Source: Octopus sinensis (lineage: Eukaryota). From it: a DNA stretch of 64,000 nt. A model generated the notes under the pieces. The model ran no database searches. It worked only from the letters and a program-made list of their open reading frames with translations, and was not told the DNA's origin. The translations under genes and the position numbers were made by a program. Shown piece after piece: positions 26,340 to 38,759 of this stretch (position 1 is its first letter; each line of letters starts with the position of its first letter). Location: contig NC_043008.1 of the NCBI RefSeq assembly GCF_006345805.1, positions 42,470,001-42,534,000 of the forward strand, read 5' to 3'.

Positions 26340-27260
26340 AGGCGCAGGAGTGGCTGTGTGGTAAGTAGCTTGCGTGGCATCTTGGGCAAGTGTCTTTTGC
26401 TATAGCCCCGGGCCGGCCAATGCCTTGTGAGTGGATTTGGTAGACGGAAACTGAAAGAAGCCTGTCGTATATTCTGGTAAACGTACCAAAACCTTGTCTT
26501 TTACCGTATATGCACTGCTATCGAAGTCATACCATTTTCTGGAATGAAGAAACGGCTAAAGACAGAAATATAAATCAGTAGGATGAGAATAAAAATGACA
26601 CTCACTGAGGCTGAGACTAAATATCAATGGATGAAAGTATTGTAATTATGAATTCAAATTTCTCAATCTAAATTAAAAGAACAACGAGAGATCATTTCCA
26701 TACGATGAACTTGTTTGAAATAGGGAATCTCTTTGGGAAGACCCACAACATCAACATCTAGAAAATCTTTGAGGTTATGTGGCAGAATGTTTAATAGTTG
26801 TGGGTCCTTGAAACCGAAGCTGTAATAGTACTAGGTCCTTATTGTAGATGGAGGAGATGTGATCCTTGGTACTATACAGTGCCGTTCAGTTCGGTGGCTG
26901 GTGTAGCTTTCAGTTCCGGCGCTAGGAGTTATACTCTCTTTCTTTTTTACTCTTTTTACTCTTTTATTTGTTTCAGTCATTTGGCTGCGGTCAGCAAATC
27001 GACCCCGGGACTTATTCTTTGTAAGCCCAGTACTTATTCTATCGGTCTCTTTTGCCGATATATATATGTGTGTGTGTGTGTGTCTGTGTTTCTCCCCCTA
27101 GCATTGCTTGACAACCGATGCTGGTATGCTTACGTCCCCGTCACTTAGCGGTTCGGCAAAAGAGACCGATAGAATAAGTACTGGGCTTACAAAGAATAAG
27201 TCCCGGGTCGATTTGCTGACCGCAGCCAATGACTGAAACAAATAAAAGAGTAAAAAGAGT
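26340..27260 (+). mobile_element. Family A SINE split by the inverted-duplication arm (SINE parts 26340-26472 and 27059-27260)
   Basis: The head GGCGCAGGAGTGGCTGTGTGG...GAAGCCTGTCGTATAT stops at 26472. The SINE resumes with (AT)(GT)n...GCTTGACAACCGATGCTGG at 27059. Confidence 0.85.
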
Positions 27261-27737
27261 AAAAAAGAAAGAGAGTATAACTCCTAGCGCCGGAACTGAA
27301 AGCTACACCGGCCACCGAACTGAACGGCACTGTATAGTACCAAGGATCACATCTCCTCCATCTACAATAAGGACCTAGTACTGTTACAGCTTCGGTTTCA
27401 AGGACCCACAACTATTAAACATTCTGCCACATAACCTCAAAGATTTCTAGATGTTGATGTTGTGGTCTTCCCAAAGAGATTCCCTATTTCAAACAAGTTC
27501 ATCGTATGGAAATGATCTCTCGTTGTTCTTTTAATTTAGATTGAGAAATTTGAATTCATAATTACAATACTTTCATCCATTGATATTTAGTCTCAGCCTC
27601 AGTGAGTGTCATTTTTATTCTCATCCTACTGATTTATATTTCTGTCTTTAGCCGTTTCTTCATTCCAGAAAATGGTATGACTTCGATAGCAGTGCATATA
27701 CGGTAAAAGACAAGGTTTTGGTACGTTTACCAGAATA
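26470..27737. repeat. Long inverted duplication: arms 26470-27058 and 27153-27737, 94-bp spacer
   Basis: The left arm begins TATTCTGGTAAACGTACC and the right arm ends GGTACGTTTACCAGAATA. The mirrored ORFs (MWVLETEAV I/T VLG...) in the track show near-identity. Confidence 0.93.
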
Positions 27738-27845
27738 AAAAGCAAAAAGGAAAATAAATCATGTAAAAAGAAGAAAAGATCGCAAGTGTGTGTGTGCGTG
27801 CTTGTCTATGTGCGCCTGAGTGAGAGACAGAGAGAGAGGAAAATA

Positions 27846-27880
<35 letters not shown>

Positions 27881-29146
27881 CGTCAGAGAGAGAGAGAGAA
27901 AGAAAGAAAGAGTGAAAGAGAGAGGGAGCCAGAAAGGCGGGAATTTTGTATGCCAAGATGTCTTGTAGATCCCATTATTCTCCTATATTTTACCGTCATG
28001 AACTGGAAAATATATTGAACTGGGAGAAACTTACCGGCGAGCGAAACTTTGCCAAAATTATTCGGTCGCTGATTTCTGTCAGATTGTTGTATCACATATT
28101 GATATTGTATAATGAAATAATGATGCCTATATAAACATCGTTTATTATATCACAAGCCTTCTGGATGGGCCTGTCATCAGGTTTGAACATAGAATTGTTT
28201 TATGTTGTCAGAAAAATTATATATTTGCACAATACAGCTTAGAGCTCTCCCCATTTGATGTAAATATAACATTACAGCCAACATATTAGAAGTGTACGAA
28301 AATCTTAAGAGATATATTCTTATGTCAGGACATAATTTCTTTCGCAGCACCTTTGCTTTGATGATCAAAGTTTGGGGCATGACAGTTGGAGTTTAATAGT
28401 TTTCCTCATGGAAAGTATATATCACCTGAAGTAAGGAATGTGCGTAGAACCAGAAGATGCATCCATATTAGCCATAGACAAAATAAGAATACCCTTTTCG
28501 ACAAGAACCAAATGCATTCTCATTTAAATGGACGTGGATGTCATCATAACACCAAGGAACAGACTGCATCACATCTAACCATAAGCTATTTAGTTTGAAT
28601 TTATTTTATCGACGGGGAGCTAGAAACTAGGATACTCCTGAAGGTATTTTAGACAAACTATCTCATGAACGTATTTTAATCTAAAATAAGAAATGTTTTT
28701 TTAATTCTTAAACTTTCGACTCAAAATATTAGATGACACTCCAAAGTACGATATTCTCAAGAGGTTGGTAATACATTTAACTAAAAGAGCCAATACAACG
28801 AAACATTGAATAATTTAATTTAGAAAGATATTAAATGATTATACAGTAACTTAGTATAGAAGTCCATATAATGAGAGAAGAATTATGAAATACACTTAAC
28901 CGATAATAAAATTCGGAAACAAAAATCTGTTCAGAATTCTTAACTGATCCACAAAACATCAACTGGAATTTAAGGATTCTAACGTGTTAATACAAACGTT
29001 GAGGACTTATTTACTTGCAACAACGTTCTCAAGCACAGTTGCTGTCTCCCGCAAAGCGTACAACGCACCATTATTGCCACTACCTGCCTGATAATGAGAC
29101 CAGGAAAGTTTTTTTTTCATTCGTGGAGTAATGATGTATCTATCTG

Positions 29147-29243
<97 letters not shown>

Positions 29244-29985
29244 TTATCTATATATAGTCGGTTTATCATCCGAGTCTATAGTGAATATCGTCGCGCCTCC
29301 TTCCTTGAAACAGGAAGGAAGAGCCATTTTCATCGTACTTGTGGCTATGGCGAAAGAATGTGTATGGTGGACGCGTCTGAAAGGTCTAGAGACAAACACT
29401 TTCCTCTTGGTCAATCTCTCATCAACTTCTTCAAGAGGAAGGTGAGGGTAGAGAGGGACGTTTTGAAAAGTGAATGCTTCAAAAAAAAAGATGGGTGAAT
29501 GTAGCAAGGATGGCACGTGTGAATGATGGAACCAGCTTGAGCATAATCCTATGAACCAAAACAAATTTTTAAAAAACGAAAGGAAAAAAGACCCACTTAC
29601 TGTAATGTGTTTTCTTTTTGCATGACCCTATTGCCCAAGGTTCCCATGGTCTTTTCCGTAGGCTTTTCTATCCACGGACGAATCTAATCTGTTTTCCCTT
29701 TTTACATTGACATTTCTGTGATACACTATCCCTATTGATCGGCCCCATTTTTTTCACGATCCCTTTTGATCGGAATTCACCCCACTTTTTTTACCTCTTC
29801 CCAAAAAGAAAAGCTCTACTTTGCATTTTGTCACTTCTGTGTTCAGCCCTGCGTGGCCAATAAAGAAATCTATCTATCTATCTATTCCTCCACTCGTATA
29901 TCTATCAATATATACCTCTATCCATTCTTCAATCTATCCATCTATCTATCTATCAATCTATCTATCTGTCATATATATATATTAT

Positions 29986-30804
29986 AATTATATATAGAGG
30001 GCATTATACATACATGCCAGAAGGCATTATACATACATGCAAACGCTAAGAGGGACAATTAATCATTTCTACCAAAAATATACTATCCCACCGAATGCAA
30101 TTTTTCAAAGTAAGACATTTAAAAAATATAGACCTGTATCACAGTGATTTCATACTTCCGTACTCATCAGCAGGCCTGAAGTATTATAAATAAACAACGA
30201 CCCTGCCCCGCTTAAGCGATCAGCTAACTGCTCAACATCAACGAAGCACATGGGTGAGTTTACATATATTAATCCGGATAAATGGCAAACTTTTACGAAT
30301 TGCATTTCGGGAGAGGAAAAGTTTTTTCGGAATAAAAATTTAGCAATTAAGGACAACTACTAATAAGGAAAACTTAACAAGAAATTGTCAGGTAGATAGC
30401 GTAAAAACCTCATAAGAGAAAAAATTTCGAAAATAATTATTTCTATTGAACATATTAAATTATATATAGAGGGCATTATACATACATGCCAGAAGGCATA
30501 TACATACATGCAAACGTAAGTATGAAATCACTGTGATACAGGTCTATTTTTTTAATGTCTTACTTGTGAAAATTGCATTCGGTGGGATTGTAATATTATT
30601 TTGGTAGAAATGATTAATTGTCCCTCTTAGCGTTTGGCATGTATGTATATGCCTTCTGGCATGTATGTTATATGCCCTCTATATATAAATTAAATGTTTC
30701 AATAAGAAATAATCATTTTCGAAATTTTTCTCTTATGAGGTTTTTTACGCTATCTCCTGACAATTCTTGTAAGTTTCCTTATTAAGTAGTTGTCCTTATT
30801 GCTA
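29986..30804 (-). mobile_element. Second hammerhead-bearing repeat element: 472-bp unit, 59-bp partial repeat, then an inverted segment
   Basis: AATTATATATAGAGGGCATT occurs at 29986 and 30458. 30517-30804 is the reverse complement of 30157 back to 29986, continuing without a break into 30457 back to 30341. There is (TA)n on both flanks. Confidence 0.78.
30130..30177 (-). ncRNA. Compact type I hammerhead ribozyme in the 472-bp repeat
   Basis: Minus strand: AGGCCUG-CUGAUGA (30170-30164)-GUAC-ggaa-GUAU-GAAA (30151-30148)-UCAcugUGA-U-A17 (30137)-CAGGUCU. Stem I is 7 bp, stem II 4 bp with a tetraloop, and stem III 4 bp and nearly palindromic. Confidence 0.88.
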
Positions 30805-31534
30805 TATATATATATATATATATATACCTACCTACCGACCTATCTATCTATCTACCTATTTTCCTACATATCTACCTACCGACCTACCTACTTATATATC
30901 TATCTATCTATCTATCCGTATAAGAGTTGTGACACGCATTCCTTTTGTCAATATTTGTGCTTATCTGCTTGTCTATAAGTCGAGCACCACCATATAAAGC
31001 CACGCTTCAATATTAACGAATTTTAAATCCATTATTTCGCTATTCTTCAACATATTTTAAAAAAACAATGTTCTAATAATTTGTTGTATTTATTTTCTTC
31101 TTGAAAATGTTTGTAATTATAATTCTCCAGAGATAAAATACAATTACTATACAATTTCATTATTTCATAGGTTTCACTAGTCACCTAAACACATATCACG
31201 TCAGTTTTTTTTTTCTCCAAACGATTTGTTTGGTCTTGGATTCATTATGAATTATTCTGTAATCACAGAATTGGAATGTCTCTAAGTGTTTTTCTTTTTT
31301 TAATTAAAAGTGCGAAACAAATATACATGTAAGGTATTGCAAAGCATAAATGTCCATTCATAGACACACACATACACACACGCAAACAAACATATATATT
31401 TACATATATTTATATACAGACACCAATTCACACGCAAAACACAATATATATTATATATATATATAATATATATATATAATATATATATATAATATATATG
31501 TATCTATATAAACAGGTGGATCTATATCTATACA

Positions 31535-31607
<73 letters not shown>

Positions 31608-31756
31608 GTCTGTATATATATACACATATAGATACATAGATGGATAGATAGGTAGGTAGATAGGTAGATAGATACATTTATACATACATATACAAATATA
31701 TGCTTGCGTCAGAGTATAGACGCACATATATATGAATGCGAATATATATATATATT

Positions 31757-31788
<32 letters not shown>

Positions 31789-32280
31789 CACACACCACGC
31801 ACACACACATATATATTTGTATATCCAATCGTGCGTCTGCTACCACATATATGAACAACGACCATACATAGATGTACACGATAGTTTGATAATCACACTT
31901 TATCATAACATTTTTAAATGCATGACAGAAATTAAGCCAACAGCAGAACAATGCACACATAAACAACCACACACACACACACACACAGATAGAAATGCTG
32001 TCTCAGAGATACGCACATCCACCCCCACTCCCCGACTGCCCGCCTCTTAACGAAAAGCACCATTACAATTACTGCTATTTAGCATACACTTATATAGTGT
32101 AAACACGCACAGAGAAAACCTCATGATCACTCTATGACGGGCTCACTTTTTCTCCTTCTCTTTCCATCTCTCTCTTTCTCTTATTCATATCATGTTCTTT
32201 CTCTTTTCTAGTTTTCTCTCTCTCTCTCTCTTCCGTCTCTCTCGCACACCTACACATACAGTCACATCAATATAGTACTC

Positions 32281-32331
<51 letters not shown>

Positions 32332-32874
32332 TTTGAACAAGTCCACATGCATACATACATACATGCATGCATACATATATATATATACGTGCATAGACAG
32401 ATACTCTGACACACAGACATATATTGTGTGCTATTAATAAAATATGAATTTTAATTATTGTGATTGCTTTCTAACACGATTATCGAATTTGAAAGAGGTG
32501 GATTTATATTTGTCCTATATATGGCTTTGTATCAATATGTGAATATATATAAGTATATAACTATGCATGTGTATGAGTGTGTGTATGTGTGTACATAAAT
32601 AATTACATTTAGAGATATACATGCATATGTATATATATATATATATATATATATGTTCGTAAATCTTATCTTATATTGAAATAAAATATTTGTAGGTGTG
32701 TGTCAATGTGCGTGTGTGGGCGTGTGTATGTATACATTAATAAATATGTACACATACGCATGCACAAAATGCGCACGCGCCAATATATTATTTACGTCAT
32801 AAGAATTATATACGCTGAGAAGCATGCAATAAGGTGCATGTACTTTTTGGGTGTGTATTTTGTATATATATATA

Positions 32875-32906
<32 letters not shown>

Positions 32907-32948
32907 GCTTAAATGTATACACAGACACACACACACACATATATATAT

Positions 32949-33342
32949 ACTCTTTACTCTTTTACTTGTTTCAGTCATTTGAATGTGGCCATGCTGGAAC
33001 ACCACCTTTAGTCGAGCAAATCGACTCCGGGACTTATTCTTTGTTAGCCCAGTACTTATTCTATCAGTCTCTTTTGCCGAACCGCTAAGTGTCAGGGACG
33101 TAAACACACCGGCATCGGTTGTCGAGCAATGTTAGGGGGACAAACACAGACACAAACACACACATATATACATATACATATATACGACGGGCTTCTTTCA
33201 GTTTCCGTCTACCAAATCCGCTCACAAGGCATTGGTCGGCCCGGGGCTATAGCAGAAGGCACTTGCCCAAGATGCCACGCAGTGGGACTGAACCCGGAAC
33301 CATGTGGTTCGTTAGCAAGCTACTTACCACACAGCCACTCCT
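32949..33342 (-). mobile_element. tRNA-derived octopus-type SINE (family A), nearly full length
   Basis: Minus strand GGAGTGGCTGTGTGGTAAGTAGCTTGC...GGTTCCGGGTTCAGTCCCACTGCGTGGCA...TGACTGAAACAAGTAAAAGAGT; the same motif recurs many times in the window. Confidence 0.88.
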
Positions 33343-34651
33343 ATATATATATATACATAAATATGTATGCTTACACGTATAAACATATATATATATAACG
33401 AGAGAGAGACAGAGATAGAGACAAAGAGAGAGAAATAGAGAGTCGAAGAAAAAGAGTTACAGAGGGTGCTATATATCGATATATAAATATATACATGAAA
33501 ATATAAACATTAAATTAAGTACCAATTGCGTACTGGGGTCCATCTAATCGACTGGCCCCCTCCACGGAAAATGTCGTACCTTGTACCTAGAGTAGTAAAG
33601 ATTACTATTTATATACATATCGTGACTTTTGTTATTTTGCGAGAATTCTTTTGCTGCTGGGATGTATTTTTCAGTGCAACCCCCAAACTTTGAGAAATTA
33701 GTCATAAATCTTTTAGGTAATTTCGCCTATAATCTCTCTATCGATCTATCTATCCATTAATCTGTCTGTCTATCTGTATGCTTGTGGTTATGGATGTATG
33801 TGGTTATGTAGGTATTGGCTGTGGTTTTTGTGTCTGTGCATTAGCACATGAGTTTCTTTATTTAAGATTTTAAATGTCATTCTTCCACACTATGCATGAA
33901 GCACTAAACGGGAAATGTGAAAGTCATGAGAAAAATCATTGATTAAACTTGGGTGTTTCCTAAACACATGGTTCCGAGTTCAGTCCTACTTCGTGGCGAT
34001 TGTCTTGAGCTGTAGTCCCGTGAGTAAATTTGGTAGGCGGTAACTGAAAGTAGCACATAGAATCATGCATACCTGTGTGTGTATGAGTGTATGACTCCCA
34101 TAACAGTTTGAGGACCGGTGCTTGTTTGTTTTCGTCCCCCATAACGTTAGCGCTTCAGCAATCAGTTCGTCAAAACCCTTGACGACTGTGTAGCAACATG
34201 GCCTCAATCCAACGACTAAATCAAGTTCAAAGATAATCTGATTCTTACACACGATCGTTTCGTTCACTGAACAAAGTCCTGCGAGATGTTTTCATTCTCT
34301 ATGACGGGTTTTTCTGTTTTTACTCCAGAATCAACTTAGGAACAAAATCAAACGTTGGAAAATATTTTCACAGAAAATTCACGGTATTAAAGTTCTTTCA
34401 ATAAATATTTCTTTTCACGAGAAGCTGTCGGAGTTTCTGATTGTGAATTATACAACTACTCTATGCATGCATCTCTTAGGAAATTTAGCTTCAGGGCGAA
34501 TGATAGAAGCAATTTCGGTTGCAAATGTAAAACAGTTGCCGTTATCTCTGCAGCGTTTCAAAAAAGGGGAAGAAAGAATTCGAGGAAATGTATAACATTC
34601 GAGAAGGAGAACTGATATCGCATTACCATACATTTGCAGAATACTTACATA

Positions 34652-34745
34652 CGAGCATATGGCGTAGTGGTTAAGAGCGCGGCCACTAACCCCAAGTTTC
34701 GCAGTTCGATTCCACGCAATGACATGAATAATAATAATAATGATG

Positions 34746-34794
<49 letters not shown>

Positions 34795-34805
34795 TAACAA
34801 TAATG

Positions 34806-34856
<51 letters not shown>

Positions 34857-34871
34857 GCAATAACAATAATG

Positions 34872-34938
<67 letters not shown>

Positions 34939-34962
34939 CATCGAAAAATATCTTAGAAATGC
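34652..34962 (+). mobile_element. Short tRNA-derived SINE-like element with an (AAT)n body
   Basis: A-box TGGCGTAGTGG (34660-34670) and B-box GTTCGATTCC (34704-34713), followed directly by (AAT)n. No intact cloverleaf or acceptor stem. Confidence 0.7.
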
Positions 34963-35554
34963 GAATTGAAGTTGGTCATCTACATCCTAATCATGGAGTT
35001 CTGTATCTGTACCTACCAGCTTTTCATTCTTTAATCTCATCTGATTATTAAATAAAAACCGCCCACGCAGAATGCCAGGTGCTTTTCAATAAACAATCAT
35101 ACCAAAATTTTATAATTTCACAATTTATTCCGTACTTGTAAAAACCCTTTCCTCACCCAGAGCGGATAAATCTTTCGCCTTTTACTTGTAAAAACCCGTT
35201 ACTTTTCATGGCCACAACGTATATTTATATTTGCGTGCGTTTCGTGCCTATGGCTGTGTATTTGTTCGCATTTACATCCACGCATATAACTTCTGATATA
35301 TTACATTGTATGCGGCGATGACATATATGTCCAATACGAACATGCGGCAACCATAGAAATAAACAATGGAACATTCTCTTCACTGTCAACAGGATTTTGT
35401 GTGAGTATATTTTACAGTTAAAGAATGACGTGGTGTAACGTTGAATACTTGAAGGATTGCAGTCGAGAAGCCTGCTTAGAGCATTAGAACTGATAATGGG
35501 GATTAAAACTACATCGCTGTTATTCCCGCTGGCAATATCATTACTGCTCTCTCT

Positions 35555-35589
<35 letters not shown>

Positions 35590-35959
35590 CCCCCCACTCT
35601 CTCTCTTTGGCGTTTCCTGCTTACAGTATCACTGTGCTCAAAAGCGATGTCATAACAGATCTTATTATTCGGTGGGAATAAAGTCTTTATTGATGAGCAA
35701 AAAGTCAATCCACCTCTCCACCTCCGAAACTCCCCACACGCAAACAAGTGTATATACGAATATCAGTACATAAGGAGAAAGAAAGAGAGAGAGAGAAAGA
35801 AAGTGAGAGAGAGAGAGAGCACGTGCGCAAACATGCGCACACAGACATATATCAACAAATAGCATAGAAATTCGCAATCATTGAAGTTTCTCTACACCTG
35901 CAGTTTCTTTAACAAAATCAGCATAGGTTTAAATGTGAGGATTTGCGGGATAGCGTGTG

Positions 35960-36257
<298 letters not shown>

Positions 36258-37596
36258 TAAGGTTGTGTGTATTTGTGGTGTGTATCTGTGCATGTATATG
36301 TGTATGTATGGCGTGTGTGTATGTGCTTTTGTGTGTATAGCGTGTGCGCATGTGTGTGTGGCGATCTGTACGGTCAAGTGCGACCACGTTAGCGTTCACA
36401 AATGGTGAGGAAAACATATACAGTATGTGATGTGACTGATTAACCTGCACCCGAGTGCTTGGAAGCGGACAGTCAAAGGTGTGACACTATTAAACCGCCA
36501 TCATTTAATTGTTACAAACGCGTTTAAGGCGTTGAGCACACCGGAAATTTTATTAGTTGTTGCAGCTCTTCAGTAAAAGGCGATGTGTATAAATGAGGGG
36601 TTGATTTGACTATTATATATAATTGTTTTAAGGGACCTACAGAGAGTCTCCGGCAGCTCATCGCATTTTATTTGTTAATGAATGCCATCGTTCGTCATTT
36701 CACTAGATTCTGTTTTCACTTTTGCGCTGTTTCTCTTCATTTCTGCAATTATCAAATAATTAGTTTCTTGAAGAAAATTAGAAAACTGTGATCTTCATAC
36801 ATTTCTGAAAAACAATGTTTAATATTTCAACAGAAATCCAACAGCTATCAAAATAAAGTTGGTAACAAATACACGCCAGGTCTCTTTCGTCATAACAGAG
36901 CTTCTCATGAACAACTGTCTCCAATACTTCTTAGATATGACAGTTTAAAGATTAATGGTTATTCCTTGTACATCTATAAAGTCATAAGTAATGTATTAAG
37001 ATTGTGTTTCAGAATATTGTTTAATTAAGAAGGTAATGAAATTATAGGAATCAATACGCGAAATAGCATTGATCTGACAAGATTGAGAAACGCAAACGGC
37101 ATATTCGAGAAGCAAATTCTCGTTGAATATGCAACAAGAAGCTAATTAATGTTGATAGATTACACAGTTCATAGCTCGAAGATCGCAATATCATGTTGCA
37201 AGTATAAACCACTAACGACAGCATCACAGGCATTGATTCATATTTATACGTAGAGCTGCTTATTAAGTGATAATATATTCTCATCATCTGTCACAGAAGG
37301 TGTAAATACATTCCACTAACGTGAGATAAGACCATATTCTTCGATAGCCATATGACACCCCAGCCCTAGATTTCTGACAGTCAAAGATAAGATTTAATAA
37401 TTAACACTCAACGCATGAAGCGAACAGACAGACAGATTTTATTTCGGTTTTCTTAACCAATTCTTGGTGTGCTTGTTATAATGCTGCTATGAAGACAAAG
37501 CAAAAGTGTTTGGAAGAATCGGAGAGGAATATGCAGTATAAGTGGTGCATCTAAGGGTGGTCAATAGAATAATACATCTCGGCCTTTGTATTATAT

Positions 37597-38034
37597 AGGT
37601 GCATGTGTGATTATGTGGTAGGAAGCTTGCTTCCCAACTACACGGTTCCGGATTCAATCCCACTACGTGGCATCTTGGTTAATTGGCTTCTAATAAGCTG
37701 CGGGTCGACCAAAGTGTGACTAGATTTGGTAAATGGAAACTGAAAGAAGCTCGTCGTATATACATATGAGTATATGTTTAAATATGTGTGCGTGCCTTTG
37801 TGTCTGTGTTTGTCACCTACTACCCCCACCATCACTTGTCAACCGATGTTGGTGTGTATACGTCCCCGTAACTTAGTAGTTCGGCAACAGAAACCGATGG
37901 AATAAGTACTAGGCTTACAAAGAATAAAACCTGGAGTCGATTTCTTCGACTTATAAAACAAATCTGTAACGCGCTGCTCCACCATGGCCGCAATCATATG
38001 ACTGAAACAAGCAAACGAAGAAAAGAATAACAGA

Positions 38035-38035
<1 letters not shown>
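37597..38035 (+). mobile_element. Family A SINE
   Basis: GCTTGCTTCCCAACTACACGGTTCCGGATTCAATCCCACTACGTGGCA...CATGGCCGCAATC...GACTGAAACAAG. Confidence 0.8.
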
Positions 38036-38077
<42 letters not shown>

Positions 38078-38116
38078 ACACATAGACACATACATACGTA
38101 TATACATATATATGTA

Positions 38117-38750
38117 TAATTGGTCATCCCATAAATAATGATTTTTTTTTATACATCTTGTAATTTTCAATATTAAGATAAACAAATTACTTTTTTCATC
38201 TAAAACATACTCTCCTTTATTTTACAATGCTCTTCCATCAATCTGGTAGTCTCACAAAATTCATTTTCCAATATTCATTTGTCTGTGAAGAAAACTATTC
38301 CTCAAATACTGTTCTGACCTCGTTTAAAGAATTCATATCTTTTCCGTCCAAATGATTTTGAAGACTGTGGCCTTGCATTATCCAGATGGAAGAACACCTT
38401 TCGACTTCATTCCAAAGATGGTCGTTTTTCTTCTAGCGTTGACTTGAATGACTGGTTGGATGACCAAATCCACTCTTCTCTGCTAGTGCCTCATTAATTA
38501 AGATAGGATTATATTCCACCAGGGTTTGCAGAACATCCTCATCGTGCTCTGCAGATCTTTGAGGACGGGGCGGCTTCTAGGGTGTAGTTTCCATCTCGGA
38601 ATTTCTTTAACCACTGTTGACAATGGCTTACGCTTATAGTTCTTCCTCCATATACTGCATTAATATTCCTCGCACTTTCCGTTGTGTTGCTGCCTTTATT
38701 GAACACATAAAGCAAAATTTACCGAATATGCTCCTTTGTCATTTCCTTTG
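38117..38750 (-). mobile_element. Internally deleted mariner (Mos1/Hsmar-like) fossil, minus-strand copy
   Basis: Translation EMTKEHIR*ILLYVFNKGSNTTESARNINAVYGGRTISVSHCQQWLKKFRDGNYTLE...; HLDNARP; 3' TIR TAATTGGTCATCCCATAAATAATG at 38117. Confidence 0.82.
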
Positions 38751-38759
38751 AAAAAAATA

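Noticed and set aside
28000-28600. Possible Tc1/maT remnant or exon
   Set aside because: Only vague motif similarity, with no convincing frame or splice sites.
34570-34640. Faint similarity (ATTCGAGGAAA, GC.TTACCA) to the 598-bp unit junction
   Set aside because: The matches are short, the spacing differs, and no ribozyme core is nearby.
34660-34720. Functional tRNA gene
   Set aside because: The acceptor and anticodon stems do not pair and it runs straight into (AAT)n, so it is treated as a SINE head.
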